Shown piece after piece: positions 19,898-27,833 of a DNA stretch of 39,435 bases. The stretch is from UHGV virus genome UHGV-1377012. One strand, 5' to 3'. The stretch is from a virus. Positions within the stretch are counted from its first letter, which is position 1, and each line of letters opens with the position of its first letter. The position numbers were made by a program, and so were the translations under genes. The notes under the pieces are model-generated. The model was given only the letters and a program-made list of their open reading frames with translations, ran no database searches and was not told the DNA's origin.

Positions 19898-20599
19898 TTA
19901 TTTGCCATAGAGCACTTCGGCCGCACTACGCTGGCCTTCATTACCACCGGTGACCATGCCATCTTCAGACATCGCCTTTCCGATTTTCACGAACGTTTTG
20001 ACCAGATCAGGGTGATTACCCAGTCCGGTGGTGTTCAGATATTCTTTGAGTTCAGGTGTCCCGAACTGGTCAAGCGCACGCTGTGCGGCGCTAAGGTTAG
20101 AAATCAACTTGTCGCCACCGATTTCTTTGTCAGCTTTTACATCCGCAGCCCACTGCTCGGTTGTTTTCTGCCAGGCTTCTGCCTGGCGCTGCTGAACACC
20201 TGCCAGAATCTTCGGATAAGCATCAACCAGCTTTTGCGCTTGCTCGTTGGTCAGGTTAAGTTCTCGCGCCACCGGCTCGAATTCCTTCAACGCTTCTGTA
20301 TCCAGCTCTACGCCTTCGGCAGCCTGAAACTCGTACTTCTCAGGCGCACCCTCTGGTTTATCGCCGTCCTTTTTTTCATCCTGCTTATCGTTTTCAGGCT
20401 TTTTGTCATCAGCAGGTTTATCGCCATCAGCAACAGGTTGTGGCTTATCACCTTCCAGTTGTGATGGATCACCAACTGGAGCAGGGTTATCACCTGCAGG
20501 CGCTGACGGTTCTGACGCAGCCGGAGCTGCTCCACCATCGACTGGTTGCTCATTGCAAAGACGGCGATACAGCAAACGCTCAAATAAATTCATGATCAC
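19898..20599 (-). CDS. Scaffolding protein
   Basis: 233 aa, acidic low-complexity N-terminal half (Pro/Ala/Asp/Lys), between portal and capsid genes. Confidence 0.6.
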   Translation of the reverse strand: MIMNLFERLLYRRLCNEQPVDGGAAPAASEPSAPAGDNPAPVGDPSQLEGDKPQPVADGDKPADDKKPENDKQDEKKDGDKPEGAPEKYEFQAAEGVELDTEALKEFEPVARELNLTNEQAQKLVDAYPKILAGVQQRQAEAWQKTTEQWAADVKADKEIGGDKLISNLSAAQRALDQFGTPELKEYLNTTGLGNHPDLVKTFVKIGKAMSEDGMVTGGNEGQRSAAEVLYGK

Positions 20600-20892
20600 T
20601 CCTGTTCACTGGCCTCTTTGGCCATCTTCAAATACTGTTCAGGGCAATGCGCCATAACGCGCTGAAACAGTTCCAGCGCCAGATTGCGTTGCCCCTCATT
20701 AAATGCCATTGCCATAGCGTCCATCGGTGAGATAGCGGAAAACACACGGCCTTTCTCTAGCACCGACCAGACAACGCGACGCCCCTGTTCACTGCTCATG
20801 ACAAAGCGAATGTCATCAATTTCACGCTGTGCCATGTCACGTTGCTTACGGGCGTTTTCTTCTTTCAGTTGATCGTCTTCGTAATCTGTCAT
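20596..20892 (-). CDS. Hypothetical head-assembly protein
   Basis: 98 aa acidic ORF overlapping portal and scaffold genes by 4 nt each. Confidence 0.45.
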   Translation of the reverse strand: MTDYEDDQLKEENARKQRDMAQREIDDIRFVMSSEQGRRVVWSVLEKGRVFSAISPMDAMAMAFNEGQRNLALELFQRVMAHCPEQYLKMAKEASEQE

Positions 20893-22568
20893 TGTGATTG
20901 CCCACCCTGACCACTAACTGCATTCGCCATAGCTGACAAAACACTCGGATCCGAAGTTTTAGCTTCGCTTAGCGTCTTGGCACCCTGTGCCGCCGCCATC
21001 CCCATCGCCATCATTTGTTGCTGCTGTTGCTGCTGTGCCCGTTGCTGGCGAGCCTGCTCAACCTGTTCCTGCGGAACAATAACGGTTGGAGACACTCCGG
21101 ACATATCAGCGAATGCATCGATCGCCTGATCAACGTTGAGTTTGTCGAGAGCTTCTGGTTTCGCTTGCGCAAGTTGACCAATGAAGTTAACCGTGGACGC
21201 CAGACTGGACAGGCCGATAGACTTCTGCGCCTGAGCCATGACGGAAATGTATTCGACCTTCAGGGGCATGCCTTCCATCGCGTCAGGCGGTGGCGGCAGC
21301 ATGTTTTTACGCACCATCATCGAGAAAGCGCGGTCAATGAGAGGATTAAGACATTCGTCGTTCAGACGCTCCAGAACCGGCCCCAACATCAGAAGTTTTT
21401 CTTCTTTCATTTCGATCACCGCTTCAACAGGCATCGAGCGGGTATTGATGTTCTGCAACATCATGAACAGATCGACAAAGTAGGCGCTGTTAATGATTTG
21501 ACGAGTGTCCTGAATGTCTGCCACCAAATCTGCTGTACTGGGGTTAACCAGATAAGCAGGCCTGAAGCCATCCTGACCAGTAATCTGATCGATATACGTG
21601 ATGTCGCCAGGAAGAAGGGAGGCGCGCTGATTCTTGAGGGAAGTCGGAGCAACCATCGGCGGATTGGTGGCTTTATCAATCAACTGCGACTTGCGCTTCT
21701 GGAGAAGCTGCAATGCCTTAACAGGTCCAAGCGCCAGCATGCCCGGGCATGATGATCCATAAACATCTTCACCGTTAACTTCCCAGCGCGGAGCCATAAT
21801 TGGAAACTCATCGAATCCGGACTCACGCAACAACTTGTCGTTATCGCCACCAACCTCGTAATAAACCGATTTGAATGGCTTGTTCTTGCTATCCAGCTTC
21901 GATGTATCGCGGTCAATGTTCGGGTAAACCGAATGCATCACGTCAATCCACTTCTCGTAGGTGCCGCTTTCCCACATGCTTTTTACGGATTCGCTGACGT
22001 TATTTAGCCCGAACTCCTGAACAAGCTGACGAACAGTCATAGAGAACTTGCGAAAACAGGTGTCAACACTGCCACGAGGTGAGTTAGCCAGGTAGTAACT
22101 GCCTATCGGGAATGGCATTGTGCGAATGATGTCCTCATCATCCTCCAGTACCGCCATTGCACCGGTGCTGTATGTGCCGAGGCTTCCGTATAACTGCGGC
22201 AGCGACTGGTAGAGATTCGACTTATTGAACATATCGTTCATGCGGTTCTGCACCGCCTCAAGCCACAACTTAACAGGGCCATAATCCATCATTTCAGGAT
22301 CTGGCGTAGCCAGGCGAAACCACGGACGCGCGGGGCTTGTGATGCCTGACATCATGCCGCTGGCGAGAGTGCGCGCCGCCATAGTCCCGGTCGAATCAAT
22401 AATGCGTGTATTGCGTCGATCGTTACGGTTGACCTCAGAAGTCAGAAAGCGGGAACCACGCGGGTTGATGTAATCACTCAACTCGCGCCAGTGCGGCTCG
22501 AACGACTGACGCTCGCTTTCAAGTTGTGCGAACTGTTTGTTCAATCGCTCTTTAGTTGTTTCCGCCAT
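20889..22568 (-). CDS. Portal (head-to-tail connector) protein, T7 gp8-like
   Basis: 559 aa; C-terminal Gln/Ala/Met-rich tail (QQRAQQQQQQQMMAMGMAAAQG) resembles the T7 connector C-terminus; position between terminase and scaffold. Confidence 0.8.
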   Translation of the reverse strand: MAETTKERLNKQFAQLESERQSFEPHWRELSDYINPRGSRFLTSEVNRNDRRNTRIIDSTGTMAARTLASGMMSGITSPARPWFRLATPDPEMMDYGPVKLWLEAVQNRMNDMFNKSNLYQSLPQLYGSLGTYSTGAMAVLEDDEDIIRTMPFPIGSYYLANSPRGSVDTCFRKFSMTVRQLVQEFGLNNVSESVKSMWESGTYEKWIDVMHSVYPNIDRDTSKLDSKNKPFKSVYYEVGGDNDKLLRESGFDEFPIMAPRWEVNGEDVYGSSCPGMLALGPVKALQLLQKRKSQLIDKATNPPMVAPTSLKNQRASLLPGDITYIDQITGQDGFRPAYLVNPSTADLVADIQDTRQIINSAYFVDLFMMLQNINTRSMPVEAVIEMKEEKLLMLGPVLERLNDECLNPLIDRAFSMMVRKNMLPPPPDAMEGMPLKVEYISVMAQAQKSIGLSSLASTVNFIGQLAQAKPEALDKLNVDQAIDAFADMSGVSPTVIVPQEQVEQARQQRAQQQQQQQMMAMGMAAAQGAKTLSEAKTSDPSVLSAMANAVSGQGGQSQ

Positions 22569-22582
22569 TTCAATGACTCCGG

Positions 22583-22789
22583 TTACTGACCAAGTAGCGT
22601 TTTACCGCTGGTATTAGCGGTTGATGTGTCGCCCTGAGAACCGGTAAGCAGCGTAGAACTACGACCAGCAGCAGCGCGACGGCGACGAGTTTCTTCGTCG
22701 CGGGCATCAACAACGGCGGCATCCTGCTCCTGTGGTGCTGCCTGAACTTCTGGTGTTGCAGGCACTGATGGTGAGCTACCCATGCACAT
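22583..22789 (-). CDS. Small hypothetical protein upstream of portal
   Basis: 68 aa ATG-initiated ORF; preferred over the overlapping TTG-initiated ORF 22570..22809; low-complexity sequence. Confidence 0.3.
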   Translation of the reverse strand: MCMGSSPSVPATPEVQAAPQEQDAAVVDARDEETRRRRAAAGRSSTLLTGSQGDTSTANTSGKTLLGQ

Positions 22790-22857
22790 ATCAATGACTC
22801 CGTACGCAATTAAATTATTACCAATTTAACCACATATGATTTATTTATCGTAGGTGG

Positions 22858-22894
22858 TTGACATTTAACGCACGAATTATTACCTTTCAGGTAA
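22858..22894 (+). promoter_or_regulatory. Promoter-like TTGACA followed 16 bp later by perfect palindrome TTACC-TTTCA-GGTAA
   Basis: TTGACA at 22858..22863, palindrome at 22880..22894; CCACATATG at 22830..22838; faces the tRNA-Arg gene. Confidence 0.5.
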
Positions 22895-23217
22895 CCAAAA
22901 AGTTCATTCCGGTTACTAACCTGACTGGCTTGTCGTTAAATTGAACAGGTGGAGTGAGCTTTTATTTTGAGCAGTACGGCGTATGGCACATGCGTCGTTA
23001 GCGGTCTGGTGACGTTAAAGGGGTTACCTTTTCCCCTAGCTCAGGCAACAAACCAGGTAGCCGGAATGTGCAAGCCCCGTTCATATCGTCGGACCGAGGA
23101 CTCACCATCCTGGCGATTCGGTGTGACGCCTCGGAAGAGACGAGGGTACAACGATGAGAGCATTTATGGAGCCGCGACAAAGTGTGGCGCCTTAACAGGC
23201 TAAGTGCTCTCAGCGTT

Positions 23218-23294
23218 GTGGCATTAGCTCAGCTGGACAGAGCAACCGCCTTCTAAGCGGTTGGTCGCAGGTTCGAATCCTGCATGCCACGCCA
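23218..23294 (+). tRNA. tRNA-Arg (anticodon TCT, reads AGA)
   Basis: 77-nt cloverleaf: acceptor GTGGCAT/ATGCCAC, D-stem GCTC/GAGC, anticodon stem ACCGC/GCGGT with loop CTTCTAA, T-arm GCAGG-TTCGAAT-CCTGC, discriminator G and encoded CCA. Confidence 0.9.
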
Positions 23295-23337
23295 GAATCA
23301 CGCCTAAGGACCGTGATGCCAGAAGTTCCAGGGGCTT

Positions 23338-23379
23338 GGCGGTGATGGTTTCCCTTGAAGGACTATCACCGCCCTTTTT
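23338..23379 (+). terminator. Hairpin GGCGGTGAT...ATCACCGCC followed by CTTTTT
   Basis: 9-bp stem with a large loop and a T5 run, 44 bp downstream of the tRNA. Confidence 0.45.
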
Positions 23380-23457
23380 ACAGCAGGACGCCATTGCGAT
23401 GACTTCATGCTGTAAACCAGTACAGCCACGGAAGGCATAACTCATTGCTTCCAGTTC

Positions 23458-23481
23458 GCCCACTTCAGTGGGCTTTTTTTT
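23458..23481 (+). terminator. Rho-independent terminator GCCCAC-TTCA-GTGGGC followed by T8
   Basis: 6-bp GC stem, tetraloop and eight T's. Confidence 0.7.
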
Positions 23482-23495
23482 CTAGTGACTACTGA

Positions 23496-23510
23496 TTACC
23501 TTATGGGTAA
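23496..23510. promoter_or_regulatory. Perfect palindrome TTACC-TTATG-GGTAA, candidate operator
   Basis: 33 bp upstream of the ATG at 23543, directly after the terminator. Confidence 0.55.
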
Positions 23511-23542
23511 TATACTGCAAACTAATAACACAAGGCCGTGAC

Positions 23543-24433
23543 ATGCTTGACTTCATCCGTGACATTTACTCCTCTTTCCGCCAAGCATCTCTTGAGCGAG
23601 TGAAAAGCCCGTTCCTTGGGGCATTTGTTTTTTCCTGGCTTTGCTTTAATTGGCAGATGTTAGCAATTCTATTTTTTAGTTCTAAGGATATTGAAAAGCG
23701 CCTTGCTATTATTAATGGCTCTTTCGGCATCGTCAGCTTTTTAATTGCGCCAATATGCACTACAGCATTGATAGTTATCCTTTTACCGCAAATTAATAAA
23801 TTGATTACAATAATACAAGATAAACCTAACTCAGACACAATTGAAATGAGCCTTGCATCTAAAATAAAGATCGCCGAACTGCAGCAACTATTAGCAGAAA
23901 ATGAAGCAAGAAAGAAACTTGCTGATAAAAAAGAAGAACGCTTCATTGAAGAGAATATTATTTCAATAAAAAAAGACCATGAAAAAGCAATAGATAACCT
24001 TAAAGACAAAGAAAGTAAAATCTCAAATCTCACGGACACAATAACTGAACTTCAGAGCAAACTGGTTAAAGCTGAGGCCACTCTCAAAGTTGAACAGGAG
24101 TCAAGATCCCAAGTGCAGAATGAATTGATTATTGAAAAAGAGAACAAGCGGAAATTAGAAGACAACATTCTGCACCTTAATTTAAGTTTAAAAAAAAACC
24201 AATCAGAATTGGCCATTGCAAAAGAAGCCTATGATAATACCTTGATGGCTTATAATGAACTTAACACAACATTAAAAAAAGCAGAAAGCTCAATAATAAA
24301 CTTCAATGCTAACTTTCCTTTTTTAACTGACATAAATAACAGCACCCCAAATACATACTTAAAAATAAATAAAAATGCATGGGAGCATTTAGTTAGTTTA
24401 AATTTAAGTCTAAAGGAAAAAATACAAAAATAA
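23543..24433 (+). CDS. AT-rich membrane-anchored coiled-coil protein (cargo gene, function unknown)
   Basis: 296 aa; two N-terminal hydrophobic helices followed by about 200 aa of Lys/Glu/Leu-rich heptad-like sequence; very AT-rich; opposite strand to the flanking terminase and portal genes. Confidence 0.7.
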   Translation: MLDFIRDIYSSFRQASLERVKSPFLGAFVFSWLCFNWQMLAILFFSSKDIEKRLAIINGSFGIVSFLIAPICTTALIVILLPQINKLITIIQDKPNSDTIEMSLASKIKIAELQQLLAENEARKKLADKKEERFIEENIISIKKDHEKAIDNLKDKESKISNLTDTITELQSKLVKAEATLKVEQESRSQVQNELIIEKENKRKLEDNILHLNLSLKKNQSELAIAKEAYDNTLMAYNELNTTLKKAESSIINFNANFPFLTDINNSTPNTYLKINKNAWEHLVSLNLSLKEKIQK

Positions 24434-24456
24434 ATAACCAATCCACTATGGCATAT

Positions 24457-25926
24457 TTACTCATACGGGTCATAATCTATTATAGCCTTACCCTGCAGCT
24501 GGCGCGGATCATTAAGTTTTTTTGTGACCGGAAAAGCAAACGTCAGCAGTAGCGCATCGCCTTTACCCGGCGAACGCCCAAGCCGCTCCTTGATATCTTC
24601 CTTCGGTTCGATAACGATTTTACCGTCCACGCGAACTTTGTACTCTGCCGCCGACAGATCGTCCGCTGTTTCCTGGTCATCCAGCATCCCGCCCAACCTC
24701 AGCCATGTCTTGCATGAGTTGAACATCTCCCCGCGCTTGTTGAGCATCTGAGGGTCAGTTGACGCACCACCAAACGGAACAAGTTGCCATGTACGTCCCC
24801 AGCCATCACCGATTGACTTCAAACCGGTTCCGTAACCGAAGTCGATGAATACCGCGTCAGCCTGATACTGGTCTTCAAAGTCAGCGATGCGCTTCGCCAT
24901 AATCAGATCGTCGGTGGTCTTGTTGCCAGTCCATAGCACCTTACTATGCAACCCCTGCCGCAGGTATATCACCGCGTCATCAACACCTGAATATGCCGGG
25001 TCAACACCGATTATCACCGGTGCATGTGCCACCTGCGCAGCAGTTACCACCCGTTTCATTGCCTCGTCAGTAAGACCGGTAGGGATAAACTGCAATTCAG
25101 ATGCATCAGGGAATATGCCGCGCACACGGATTTTAACGAAGTCGCTGTCTTCCCCGTAGTCATCAACCCATTTCTGCAATTGCTGCTTGTTAGTACCTTC
25201 CACCGTCCGGCTGTCAATCTGCGCAGTTTTCCAGCGGTGTTTATATTTGCGGAAACATTCACGGAAACGTCCGGTATTACGCGTCGGGTTTCCGAACGCC
25301 ACCCAGATAATCTCAGTGTCTTCGTCCGTAAGCGCACCCTCAGCAACTTCCCACACCAGATCCGCAATGTTCGACGCTTCATCGAATACCACGATGATGC
25401 GTTTGCGCTCGTTGTGTAGTCCGGCGAATGCCTCAGTGTTGTGCTCAGACCAGGGGATTGCGTCAGCTCGCCACCGCTTGTCGTGCCCAGGATCATTGCT
25501 GTACATCGCAGTAGCGGTACAGGTAAACCAGTCTTTCGTGATAGCAAGGTTCGACCACTTGATAATTTCCGGCCAGGTCTTCGTTCGTAGCTGGTTGTCG
25601 GTGTTGGCGGTCACCACGACCTTACAATCCTCGCAAGTGGACATGCCCCAGTTGATCAGCATTGAGATGAGTGCTGATTTACCAATACCGTGACCCGAAG
25701 CACGTGCCAGCATAAGCGGCTGATAGCGCGTCTCGGGATTCTGCAGGTGATCACGTATCTCTCGGAACGCATCGGCCTGCCACTGACGTGGGCCGGAAGC
25801 ATGTGCCAGTTCAGTCCCCTCTTCCCCCCACGGGAACGCATAGAGGGCATAGCCAAGCGGATCGTGAGTGAACCCTGCAATATCCTCGATCAACTGCTCT
25901 TCAGGAGATAACGCTGTATCTGTCAC
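24457..25926 (-). CDS. Terminase large subunit
   Basis: 489 aa; Walker A-like GHGIGKS near the N-terminus, acidic nuclease-like C-terminal half; overlaps the small terminase gene by 4 nt. Confidence 0.85.
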   Translation of the reverse strand: MTDTALSPEEQLIEDIAGFTHDPLGYALYAFPWGEEGTELAHASGPRQWQADAFREIRDHLQNPETRYQPLMLARASGHGIGKSALISMLINWGMSTCEDCKVVVTANTDNQLRTKTWPEIIKWSNLAITKDWFTCTATAMYSNDPGHDKRWRADAIPWSEHNTEAFAGLHNERKRIIVVFDEASNIADLVWEVAEGALTDEDTEIIWVAFGNPTRNTGRFRECFRKYKHRWKTAQIDSRTVEGTNKQQLQKWVDDYGEDSDFVKIRVRGIFPDASELQFIPTGLTDEAMKRVVTAAQVAHAPVIIGVDPAYSGVDDAVIYLRQGLHSKVLWTGNKTTDDLIMAKRIADFEDQYQADAVFIDFGYGTGLKSIGDGWGRTWQLVPFGGASTDPQMLNKRGEMFNSCKTWLRLGGMLDDQETADDLSAAEYKVRVDGKIVIEPKEDIKERLGRSPGKGDALLLTFAFPVTKKLNDPRQLQGKAIIDYDPYE

Positions 25927-26519
25927 TGATTACCATCCTGACGTTCTTTCAGTCTCTTCCTGGCTGCTGCTATGCGATCAGCAATTGTCACATTCACATT
26001 AACATCCATGCGTTCTTTGAACGCGTTGACGTCGACGTGCTTACCAATCAGTTCGAGGTTCTTCACCTTGTCAGGCCATTTAATTTTTTTGAGGATTGTC
26101 TCTATCGAATCCTCGTTCATGTTCATGATGGTCGATGACAGATCAAAGCCGCTAAGCGTAGTGCGCCAGATTTTCGGCCACTCGCGGATTGGCTTAAGGC
26201 TCCCATCGTCGTTGAGGATATCAATCACGTCCATCTGGTCGATCTCCACCAGGCGCATGAGAACGTAATCGGCACTGACGCGCATTCGTTTGTTGCGCTC
26301 CTCCATCAACTCGGCAATCCGTTTTTGAATGCGTTCATCGCGCATCATGACACTGGCTTTAACTGCCGCTGTATTTGGGGAGAATCCTGCGTTAATCGCT
26401 GCCTGAGTCTGGTTTTCAGGCGTTTTGATGTATGACTGGCAATAAGCCTCCTGCATTGCTGTTAGTGGCTTAAATTGCGTTGATTTGCGTTTATAGGTTT
26501 TAGGTTCAGCAGGCATCAT
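25923..26519 (-). CDS. Terminase small subunit
   Basis: About 198 aa; start placed at the ATG at 26519 because the track N-terminus (TITTTVTITTVV) is the translation of the GGTAATAG repeat region. Confidence 0.65.
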   Translation of the reverse strand: MMPAEPKTYKRKSTQFKPLTAMQEAYCQSYIKTPENQTQAAINAGFSPNTAAVKASVMMRDERIQKRIAELMEERNKRMRVSADYVLMRLVEIDQMDVIDILNDDGSLKPIREWPKIWRTTLSGFDLSSTIMNMNEDSIETILKKIKWPDKVKNLELIGKHVDVNAFKERMDVNVNVTIADRIAAARKRLKERQDGNQ

Positions 26520-26536
26520 AACCACCGTGGTAATAG

Positions 26537-26551
26537 TTACCGTTGTGGTAA
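26537..26551. promoter_or_regulatory. Perfect palindrome TTACC-GTTGT-GGTAA inside tandem GTGGTAATAGT(T)ACC repeats
   Basis: Four alternating half-sites across 26529..26558, 18 bp upstream of the small terminase start and just downstream of a terminator. Confidence 0.55.
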
Positions 26552-26562
26552 TAGTACCATGC

Positions 26563-26588
26563 AAAATAAAGCCGCCATAGTTGGCGGC
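26563..26588 (-). terminator. Hairpin GCCGCC-N6-GGCGGC followed by U-rich tract on the minus strand
   Basis: Lies between the last early gene (26638..26976) and the terminase operon; minus-strand tail reads TTTATTTTG. Confidence 0.55.
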
Positions 26589-26637
26589 AGTATTCAAAAC
26601 CCATCAAATTCATCATGCATAATCTACTCGTGACATG

Positions 26638-26976
26638 TCACACTATTAATTTCGTTTCATGCCAGCCTTTAGTCACCCAGCATTGTGAGTCACCATTACA
26701 CGGACATGAATTAACTGGAACTCTCTCGCCGCACTTACCGCAACGTTTTCTGCTGATCGATTTTATACGCCCGCGCACGCGTGCATCATCCTGGCGGATC
26801 AGTAACGCTATATACTCACCAAATTCGTAAGGCGCACGCCCGGGGCGACGCGTGGCACAGTTACGCTCCAGCATTTCAATTTCCTGAGCATCAAGCACAA
26901 TTTCCAGCTTACGCACACCAGATGCAGCTTGTCTGGCTCTCTGAGCGGATTTGCGCTCTGCTGCGGATTTAGCCAT
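26638..26976 (-). CDS. Cys-rich (zinc-finger-like) small protein, candidate late regulator
   Basis: C-terminal CGKCGE...CPCNG cluster; start taken as the ATG at 26976, which overlaps the upstream stop by 1 nt; last gene before the packaging operon. Confidence 0.45.
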   Translation of the reverse strand: MAKSAAERKSAQRARQAASGVRKLEIVLDAQEIEMLERNCATRRPGRAPYEFGEYIALLIRQDDARVRGRIKSISRKRCGKCGERVPVNSCPCNGDSQCWVTKGWHETKLIV

Positions 26977-27206
26977 CAACCTTCTCTCCATGCCTGGTTT
27001 CTGGTTTTAAGTCCATTGCGCTTGGCATTTCTCTGAATCCGTTTCAGTTCTTCCCTGGACTGCTCTGGAGTTATTTCTCCTCTCATAACTCGTTCAACAA
27101 GACTCCTTCTAACTTCCATACTGTCAGCGATAAGACCTTGCTCTTCTAGCTTCTCGATATTCACGCGCTTATCAAGGCGAGCATCCCAACTTGAGCGTCT
27201 CATCAT
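26976..27206 (-). CDS. Small basic hypothetical protein
   Basis: 76 aa, Arg/Glu-rich; ATGA overlap with the upstream ORF. Confidence 0.4.
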   Translation of the reverse strand: MMRRSSWDARLDKRVNIEKLEEQGLIADSMEVRRSLVERVMRGEITPEQSREELKRIQRNAKRNGLKTRNQAWREG

Positions 27207-27433
27207 TCATCCTCCTGCTGTAATGCTGCAACCATGGCTTTGGTTTCAGCGATTAGATTTCGTGGTAACTGGCTACCCGCTTTTAGCATGCCTATCCCAA
27301 ACACCAGCCATCCCTTGCTACAGGCTTCACTGACAATCCACTGCCCACTCCTGTAAGCCATATAAAACCAGATGAGCAAAACCTGAAGGAATGCTATCCA
27401 GTCAATGATCGTATATTTCGCGAAGGAGTCCAT
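27203..27433 (-). CDS. Small membrane protein
   Basis: About 76 aa with two hydrophobic helices; start set at the ATG at 27433, which has GGAGG 7 nt upstream. Confidence 0.4.
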   Translation of the reverse strand: MDSFAKYTIIDWIAFLQVLLIWFYMAYRSGQWIVSEACSKGWLVFGIGMLKAGSQLPRNLIAETKAMVAALQQEDE

Positions 27434-27543
27434 CACTTCACCTCCTGCGCCGTTTTGATGATTGCTGCCAGACAATTCTTGCAAGGAACAAGCAGCGTTC
27501 CCTGCTCAATGCTCAATAGCGCATGCTGAGCATCCTGAAAAAG

Positions 27544-27645
27544 CTATTCGAATGACCATGGCCGATGACCGCACCATGTCTCAATCTCGTGCTTAGGGAT
27601 TTTAACTCCCTCTCGATAGTCATATTTGATGATGTGCTTTCTCAC
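27544..27645 (-). CDS. Very small ORF (33 aa), GTG start
   Basis: GTG overlaps the upstream stop (GTGA) with GGAGG 7 nt upstream; not in the ATG-based track. Confidence 0.25.
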   Translation of the reverse strand: MRKHIIKYDYREGVKIPKHEIETWCGHRPWSFE

Positions 27646-27833
27646 GACTTCACCTCCTGTTGAGCAGAAACCTGATTTTTGAGTGATTCAGAAATATTCC
27701 TGCAATACCTAGCGGATTCATCGTCGAAAATGCTTTCGAAATACTCAGCAATCCAGCCGAACACAACAACCTGCTCATTGCTTGGATTTGCACTTTGATT
27801 GAAGGCGGTTATTAGTGATGCACTCATACTCAC
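27642..27833 (-). CDS. Small acidic hypothetical protein
   Basis: 63 aa; ATGA overlap with the DUF550/DUF551 gene. Confidence 0.4.
   Translation of the reverse strand: MSMSASLITAFNQSANPSNEQVVVFGWIAEYFESIFDDESARYCRNISESLKNQVSAQQEVKS

Noticed and set aside
21001-21060. CAG/CAA-rich simple repeat (GTTGCTGCTGTTGCTGCTG) at the 3' end of the portal gene
   Set aside because: It encodes the poly-Gln tail of the portal protein; there is no evidence for a mobile element or independent function, although it could be slippage-prone.
22570-22809. TTG-initiated 79-aa ORF upstream of portal
   Set aside because: Non-ATG start, His/Arg/Leu-biased composition, and it overlaps the ATG-initiated ORF 22583..22789 in another frame; the latter was kept at low confidence.
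23224-23463. Minus-strand 79-aa ORF overlapping the tRNA-Arg gene and its terminators
   Set aside because: It overlaps a well-formed tRNA on the opposite strand and two terminator hairpins; almost certainly a spurious reading frame.
26520-26597. N-terminal extension of the small terminase (TITTTVTITTVV...)
   Set aside because: This is the translation of the GGTAATAG/TTACC repeat cluster; the gene more likely starts at the ATG at 26519.
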